DNA of 64,000 nucleotides from the human T2T-CHM13v2.0 reference genome, Homo sapiens: NCBI RefSeq assembly GCF_009914755.1, contig NC_060937.1; one strand, 5' to 3'. Shown piece by piece: positions 56,062 to 64,000 of this stretch (position 1 is its first letter; each line of letters starts with the position of its first letter). The notes under the pieces were generated by a model. It saw only the letters and a program-made list of their open reading frames with translations, ran no database searches and was not told where the DNA came from. The position numbers and the translations under genes were made by a program.

Positions 56062-58669
56062 CCTCTTTATCCAGCACCCTCTTTTGGCTAGCCATCAGTC
56101 CTGCACTTCTAAGTCGACAGGAAGCAGTCAGCAACATCCCTTGACCCCTGAGTGAACTCAGGATCTTAGCCCAGAGTCAAACTACTGCATAGCCAGATAT
56201 CACTGTCTACACAGGCAAAGTGAAGTGAAGAGGACAGACAAAAACCAACTGCTTAATTCTGGCATCTTCCGAACCTCCTGTTAAAGAAGGAATCTTGGAC
56301 TCTACCTCACCCCCACATGTCTGTTCATTGAGTTGCTTATTCACTGAGTTGGCCGATTTTATCATTGAAGTGCTCAGCATAAGTGACTGCGTAATAATCA
56401 ATTTTTTTCTGGTAAAACGTAACTCAAACGAAGTTGTTTTGTGCAGCTGGGTGTGAACAGCATAGAGAATGCTGAGCCTTCATAAAAGTCATGAGTTGTG
56501 GACTGCCTCGTTTAACCCAATAAGATTGCAAACCACTTGTAGGCAGAGACTGTTTTTTACTCGCCTTTGTATTTTTTTGCAGTGCCATGAATATATAAGC
56601 TCAATAAAGTTCTTAAGAAATGCATAGTTTGATTTGTGGTCTTCCCATTCCGTATGGGCTGTGGCTCTCAAAAAAGGCTCACATCCAAATCCACTCCTTA
56701 GAGTGGATTTCTGTTTTGCTTGGGAACTACTCGGGACAATAAAGCTGCTTCAGAAAATTGAAGCTTTTTTGACCCAACCTTAAAGCTAATTTCAGGCAGA
56801 TTCCTTGCAATGACTTGCAGCTGTGACTGTCATTCTGCCATGGGAAAAGTGTCAGCAAGACCAAGAATAGTAGCAGTCTGTCATCTCCCTGTTTTTGACG
56901 TTCTCATCTAAAATGTTAATTAAGAAGTTGCTGTGCACAGAATGAAAATAAAAGTCAAGAAAAGTAGCAAAGGCAAAAAGTGCAATTGTGGTAGTATTAA
57001 AATACACATTTTGTTTTCCTGCATTGTACATGAGCTCCATTCCACTCATTTTGGCTGCAAGCATGTTGTAACTAGCAAACAAATAACACTGATGCCCATA
57101 ACATGAGAGGAAAATTCAGTAAATACATGGTTTTGGTTTTTGTTTTAAATCTATTACCAAAGTTAGTTACTTAAATAGATTCTGTTTTGATTAATCCATT
57201 ACTAACTGAAGCTGTGCTTTTATTTCACACATTTGTTTGAGTTTTTCATGTCTTGCGTTTCCCAGTAGAGAGGGCAACTCAGCAATGCTTTTATGAGTCA
57301 GTACCTCAGGTGAATTTACAAGGTCTTCATTTATTAGAATTAAATTTTGAAATAAAAATATAATCACAAGATTTTAAATTGTGAATTAGTGTTGCTGGAC
57401 ACATATAAGTACATTGATGATAATATCAGAATATGAAATCTGAAGATGATTACTTCTAAGCCTAGTTTAATAAAAATTCATATTTACTTAAGGGTTTGTA
57501 TGGTGGTTATCTTTTATAGTTTAGGTTAATTCTTTCATGAAGCTTTCAGAGAGCATTCAACATTTTATTTATTTATTTATTTAACAAACAGTGGATTCAT
57601 TCACAGGCTCAGGGCTCACTCTGTCTGGGAAGGGGATAGCATCAAAAATAGTAGACTGGATGGAATTGAAGCTTGGCCTTTAACCTTTGCTGAAAGGATA
57701 ATATTTCAGCTATCTGAAGAATGTGTCAGAGAAGGGAAGTGAGCTCCATAAGATAAATGGAGATGGAGAAAAAGAAAATTATTGCAGACCAGAGAAATCA
57801 ATGAATCCATAGTATTTGTTGATCAGCTACCACTCCTGCTAACTCATGACATGTTTTTATCCATCCCTTCCACGAATTGTATAAAAGTTTTAGCTGAAAC
57901 GTGGCTAGGAATTTTCTGTCTTCCCTGATGTCAATCAGATGTTCTTTCAATTCATCAGAAGTAGTTACATTTTAACATTTTTAACAAATGAGTTTAAAAA
58001 CAGCAACAAATCTTTTTTAAAAAAAATAGAGGGATTTTAAACATGCTAGAAAAAAGTTTCTGAGTTTCTTAAGTAAGTTACAAGTTTTTAAGGTAAAATA
58101 CATTGCTTCTTGCACTAAAATAATAAAACGATGGGAACATTTCCAGACATTTGCTTCCACAGTGTTCTCTCTATAGCCAACATTTCCTTTCAAATAGCAG
58201 GTCGTTTTTAATGTATTGTTGTAAGGTTACCATTACAGTGAAGGGAAAGTTTACATTTATGGCTCATTAAAAGTTCGTATTAGAAGGAGATGCAAAAGCT
58301 CTAAAATTTTCTTACTGATCACTTGCTCTTTCATTCTAGTATTATACTGAATGTAATCTCTATTTAATTTGTAGAAACTTTTAAAAACCACTTGTATATT
58401 TGGAGATTATTAGATTAGTTAGAATTAAATAATACAATCCATTTAACTATGGCATATATCAATTGCAACACATCACAATTCAGATAATTCAGGCAAGTAA
58501 CTCACTCTTCCCATGATATTGATGACCTAGGACCATTGACTGTATGAAGCAAGTGTGGGAGGTGGTGCTAATTCTTATATCACATATTGGCGTATTTCAT
58601 TTCATTGATATTTTTGCATATAAAAATGAAAGTTGTAATGTTTTCCCATACCTCAGTGGATTATCTTTT

Positions 58670-58707
58670 TTAAAAACGGACTATTTTTAGAGCAGTTTTA
58701 GGTTAAC
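58670..58707 (-). mobile_element. Micro-L1 (about 40-bp 3' tip of an L1M) with TSD
   Basis: gactatttttagagcagttttaggtt flanked by tggat(t/c)atctttt at 58657 and 58708. Confidence 0.65.
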
Positions 58708-58741
58708 TGGATCATCTTTTGTATCTCTGCTTGCACCCTAT

Positions 58742-59201
58742 TTTTTTTCCTTCAACTTTTATTTTAAGTTCTGGGATATATGTGCAGGATGTGCAGTTTT
58801 GTTACACAGGTAAACATGTGGCATGATGGTTTGCTGCACAGGTCAACCCATCACCTAGGCATTAAGCCCAGCATCCATTAGCTATTATTCCTGATGCTCT
58901 CCCTCTCCCCATGCCCCTGACAGGACTCAGTGTGTGTTGTTCCCAACCATGTGTTTATGTGTTCTCATTGTTCAGCTCCCACTTATAAGTGAGCACATGT
59001 GGTGTTTGGTTTTCTGTCCCTGCATTAGTTTGCTGAGGATAATGGTTTCCAGCTCCATTCATGTCCCTGCAAAGGACATGATCTCATTGCTTTTTATGGC
59101 TGCATAGTATTCCATGGTGTATATGTATCACATATTCTTTATCCAATCTATCATTGACGGGCATTTGGGCTGATTCCACGTCTTTGCTATTGTGAATAGC
59201 A
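58742..59201 (-). mobile_element. 5'-truncated older L1PA 3' end
   Basis: Antisense L1PA 3'UTR; TSD tgcaccctat at 58732 and 59202. Confidence 0.93.
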
Positions 59202-60536
59202 TGCACCCTATCTTGACAATCACTATCTGAAATGAGTGGTAAGGTGATGGCAAAGTGTATAATGACTTCTTACAGCTGTATAATTTGAATCTCCCTAGAT
59301 CTCACAAGAAATACCATTAACAGTGACATTTTAAATTTCATTGTCTTTTTGGACTTAACTGCTTACTGCAAGACATTCAATTTCCCCTAAAGCCCGTTAA
59401 ATGACTGATGGGTCTGGCCGGGGACATCTTACACATATTTATTAGTCATCTTTTCAAGCTCCCCTCCATGCCTTCCTTGTTGGTGTCTGCTGTCCAGGCC
59501 ATCATGCAAAGAGGATGCTTTGCCACTGTCCCTAGAGCTTTGGTCTGTGGTGAAAATGTTGACCCTGCCCAGAGCCCTGCATTCTGCAGCTTCCCCAAGA
59601 TGCTGAAACTTGAAGTGTGTTTTGGAGGAAAATGAGTAACTCGGGACAATAATTTGGTTGGCATGATGACATGATCCAAATGGAATATCCTCAGTTGACA
59701 TCTATGTCTCTTCAGAATTTTTCTACTTTTATGATTTTTAATTTCACAATTACTTTCAGCCAAATGTTCCTGCCCTGCATTATTTGTAACACTGAGGAGT
59801 TGGAAGCAACTTTTAAATTGCTGGCACAGTTTCACTATTACAAACTCCACAGAGTACAATTATTTCATTGGCAGAAAATGCATTGGAAGAAAGAAAACTA
59901 GGGAAAAAAGAGAAATGTATTTATTCACCAATACATTTTTTAAAAGCAAAAATAATTAACATTTGCATAGTTGCAAAACTAACTGATGATGAACCCAAAT
60001 TTTCCATGCAGGAAAAAAAATTGTATTTGAGACATATTTATTTTTTAAAAAAAGAAACAATCTTTCAAACCAAATATTCATCCAAAGCTAAGTTGTCGAT
60101 TTTCATCACTGCCATTTTGTTTGGAATTTAATTGCTTATAATCAAATTGTTTTCAGCCATGTCACCTGGAGGAAACATCTTTTTCCCTGGTTCTGAGTCA
60201 TTTTCTGTCACTGCAGTTCTGAGGTGCACTCATTGAGTCCCAGTCATTTACAGAGAGGCCCAGGGAAACAGGTGCTTGCTTCAGCCTGCAGCTGTGCCTA
60301 CCAAGAGGCATGGACCAATCACTGCAGCTCTCTGAATGCTCCCACTTCTTTCTTCAGAAAGCTATTTTCACCTGTACTCCCTTGTCCCACATGTGGACAA
60401 CTCAAGGGACCTGGCAATCTGATCAAATTCAATACTGGTTCAATATTGGAAACTTCTTTATTGAACAACATTTTATAACTTTAACAATATATTCACATTT
60501 ATTATCAATCATTTAATTCTGCCAACACACCTGTGA

Positions 60537-60924
<388 letters not shown>

Positions 60925-61284
60925 CAGAAGCTTTAATATAATTTAAAAGTCCAATTCCCTGATTTTCCATGGTGCATAGGGTAGTCCAGACAATTTAATA
61001 CTTGTTTTAAACAGAAATATTCTATCCCATCCCTCCTACCCAACAAACTCTTCTAAGGAAGTACCATATGTACCCAGATATAAAAAGACATTTTATTAAT
61101 ATGAATTTGTGGTATAAATTGAAATTTATTATGAGTTCAATCAATGAAAATAATGAGACTAGCTTTCCAAACATGAGAGCGAATTAGAAATTTGGGGTTA
61201 GGAATGACAATAGTTCTCTTATCCTCAGTATTGAGTCATTTCTCCACTTGTTTCAGTTTTACAATATTTGGAATACACTGGTCC

Positions 61285-62192
61285 AGTAGATAGGATAGGG
61301 AGACTTCCAAGATGGTCTCTGCCTCAGTCCGCTTTGCATTTCTATAGCAGAATGCTATAGATTAAATAATTTATAATGGACAGAAATTTATTGGCTCACA
61401 GTTCTGAAGGCTAGGAAGTCCAAGATGGAGGAGCCAATATTTGGCTAGGACCTTTCTGCTGCATCATCCCATGGCAGAAGGCAGAAGGGCAGGAAAGAGA
61501 GAAAAGAGGGCTGAACTTGCCCTTTTATAATGGCAGTAATCCCACCCGTGAGAACAGAGCCCTCACAGCCTAATCGCCTCTCAAAGGCCCCACCTTTTAA
61601 TACTGTTTCAGTTGCGATTAAATTTCAACATGAATTTTGGAGGGGACAAACATTCAAACCATAGCAGTCCCTAATGATCCTTGCCTCCTGGTATTTATAT
61701 CTTCATGTAATTTCCTCCTTTGAATATAGGCTGGACCTAGTGACTTGCTTCTAATGAATAGGATACAGGAAAGGCAATTAGCTGCCTTTTCCCTATGTAT
61801 GAGACTAGGTCACAAAAAGACTGTGACTTCCATCTTGCTAGAACTCACTTTCTCTGGCCCTTCTCGCTTGCTGCCTCTGATGAAGCACACTCCCTGGCTA
61901 TGAGCTGCCCTATGGAGAGATCTATGTCAAGGAACTGAGAATGGTCTCAATAGCCCTTGAGAAACTGAATTCTGCCAACGATGACGTGAGTGAGCTCAGA
62001 AGCTGATCCTTCCCCAGTGGAACATTTAGATGACTGCAGCCCCACTCAACACCTTCATTGCAGCGTGTGAGAGTTGCAAACCCTGTTAAGCTGCACCTAA
62101 GTTCCTGACCTACAGAAACTGTTAGATAATAGATGTTATTTTAAGCCACTGAGTTTTGGAGTAATTTTTATGCAGCAATTGATAACGAATAC
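61285..62192 (+). mobile_element. MLT1F-like MaLR LTR (host)
   Basis: ttccaagatggtctc|...|cctaatgatccttgcctcctggta ... tatgcagcaattgataacgaataca. Confidence 0.8.
61320..61666 (-). mobile_element. MST/MLT1A-type MaLR LTR nested in MLT1F
   Basis: aatttattggctcacagttctgaaggctaggaagtccaagat...ggggacaaacattcaaaccatagca; 5-bp TSD gtc(t/c)c. Confidence 0.88.
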
Positions 62193-62504
62193 ACCAGGCA
62201 AGTAGCTTCAAAAGGATGTGGATTTTGAACAACTCCCTTGCAATTTTTGGATTGTTTTGAATTCAACAAAGCAGGCAGTCAGGGGAATTATTTTTCCTCA
62301 AAAATTACGTTTTCCTCAAAAAGTCGATTAACCCCAAAACAGAAAGAAATGAATATAAGATCTCCAATGTGGCAGTCTGTGTAATAAAATACCTTTGATT
62401 ATTCTTCTCTTTCTCTCTCTTTTTTTTTTAACAGTGTAAACAAACAGACTTTCAAGAAGTGAATTTTATGTGAAATGTTTGTGGAAATCTTGGAAGATGA
62501 CAAA

Positions 62505-62720
62505 TGTAGTGCAAAGAGCCCAGGCCTTAAAATTAGACTGAGGTGTGGAGCCTTGGTTTTCTCATCATAAAATTGGAATCATAATACCTCATGGATTCTA
62601 AATGACAAAGGCACTCAGTTCATTGCCTGGTCAATTGATGCCCTTTAGCTTCTCTTATTGCAGGTGATAAAGTTGAGGCTCAGAGAGGTGGAGTGACTTG
62701 ATGTGCCCAGAAAGAAGGGG
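62505..62720. mobile_element. MIR fragments
   Basis: gccttggttttctcatcataaaattgg (+) and tgaggctcagagaggtggagtgacttg (-). Confidence 0.55.
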
Positions 62721-64000
62721 GTCTAGGGCCGCCACTAATCTGATATATCCCCAAGTTACTAAGCAATAGATTGGCAAATTTTGAGCTCCAAATCCAGAGC
62801 TCTGGCTTCCTCCACATCACAAAATAAGTCCCAAACCACCAACTCTGCATGTCTAACTCCCAAGAAGAATTCTCCTTGGGATTTCTGTTAAAACCAGCAA
62901 CTCTCGTGGAGTTTGTGACACACTAAGAACAAAGGCTTACAAAGATAGCTGGAAGAAGAGTGGCACTTCCTTTGGAGAAACCCACATTTAAAATGCCATC
63001 TTCTAAACGCAATCTTCCCTCCACCTCTATCTTCGATTTTGACATTGATAGAGAAGCTTTCAAGAAAGCAGCATAACTCAGTTAGATGAAGCTACTAATT
63101 TGAAGGAACAATACATAATGAATGGCACTTATGTGTGGTGATTGTAACAGCAATTGTCTTCTGCCATTTTTCTCCCTGAGACATTTTATCTTGTCTTTCT
63201 CCTCCTTTTTGTATTGTTAAGGACTATTGCAAGTATGTGTGTGTGCATGTGTGTGTATGTTTGAGAGAGAGAAAGACTATGAAAAGAAGAAGAAAGAGTG
63301 AAAGAGAAGAATTGTCTTGGAAGAGAAAAGGGTATAGGAAGAGATGAACCATGACTACAGCTGTGTCTGGAGGAAATAAGAAAATCTAGACTGTTTTAGA
63401 GGGAATGAACTTTCCCCCATGTTCTGGGTGTCTGGTCAATAGGATGAATGAAAAACTCTGCCAGCCTTCAATCCTCATGGCATGGTATGAAGTAGCACAG
63501 GGTACTTCCAGCTGCATCTGCCCCTCTGCTTTCCAACCTATGAAGACCAAAGCAGAGAGCTTCAGGAGCACTAACTCAATCTTTTGTCCTCCTTTTGGCA
63601 CTTAGCTAATGTTTCTTGGGCATGAAAAGGGAAGTCATTGGGCTTATTGAAAACTTACTGCACATTCTGATGTAACAAAAGCATCTGGGTAAAAATGTTC
63701 CAAAGAAAACCCATTTATGAATCAATAAATGAAAGATAAAGAAAATATGAAACTGTATCTAATCACTTGCTTACTTTTTTGTCCTTTCCTTTTTCTTGGA
63801 ATATCCATGTCACTGATGTGTCATACTTCTTGGCAGTATGTCAATTAACAATAATCACACCTTGGATAAACCTCATTGCTCACATTACTGCCACCATGCA
63901 AAGCTTAGCTCTATTTTAAATCAAAGGAATTTGACTCAGAGCAAAGAAACTATTTGCCCAAACTTTGTAGATCTTTTGACTCTTCAGAGTTTGCATCATG

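Noticed and set aside
57552-57650. T-rich tail plus ~55 nt resembling a tiny retrocopy
   Set aside because: The flanking repeat (agcat) is too short for a TSD and the source is unrecognised; it may be an L2/MIR tail.
59433-59602. Possible minus-strand exon (tttcag acceptor, gtaaga donor) within overlapping ORFs
   Set aside because: No recognisable protein similarity and no partner exons found; cannot be supported without RNA data.

Overview
Primate nuclear DNA, most likely human or great ape: it carries AluY/AluS/AluJ and an L1PA2-type insertion and is CpG-depleted with no CpG island. Roughly half of the window is fossil transposable elements: Alu, L1 (two near-full-length copies), L2, MIR, MaLR/ERVL LTRs and hAT-Charlie MERs. 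No intact host protein-coding gene is supported; most longer ORF-track entries are L1/Alu-derived or look like chance ORFs. The most notable signal is a candidate decayed 3-exon gene on the minus strand (about 12849-15267). It has a TATA box, phase-matched splice sites and a reconstructed ~209-codon frame whose motif order resembles cholera-toxin/pierisin-like (R-S-E) ADP-ribosyltransferases; this family assignment is by eye and needs a search. Other highlights are a ~175-bp locally templated insertion into a MIR, an inverted CTCF-like motif pair, a twin-primed L1, a probable L1 3' transduction and several fold-back repair scars. Repeat subfamily names are by-eye and boundaries of old repeats are approximate.
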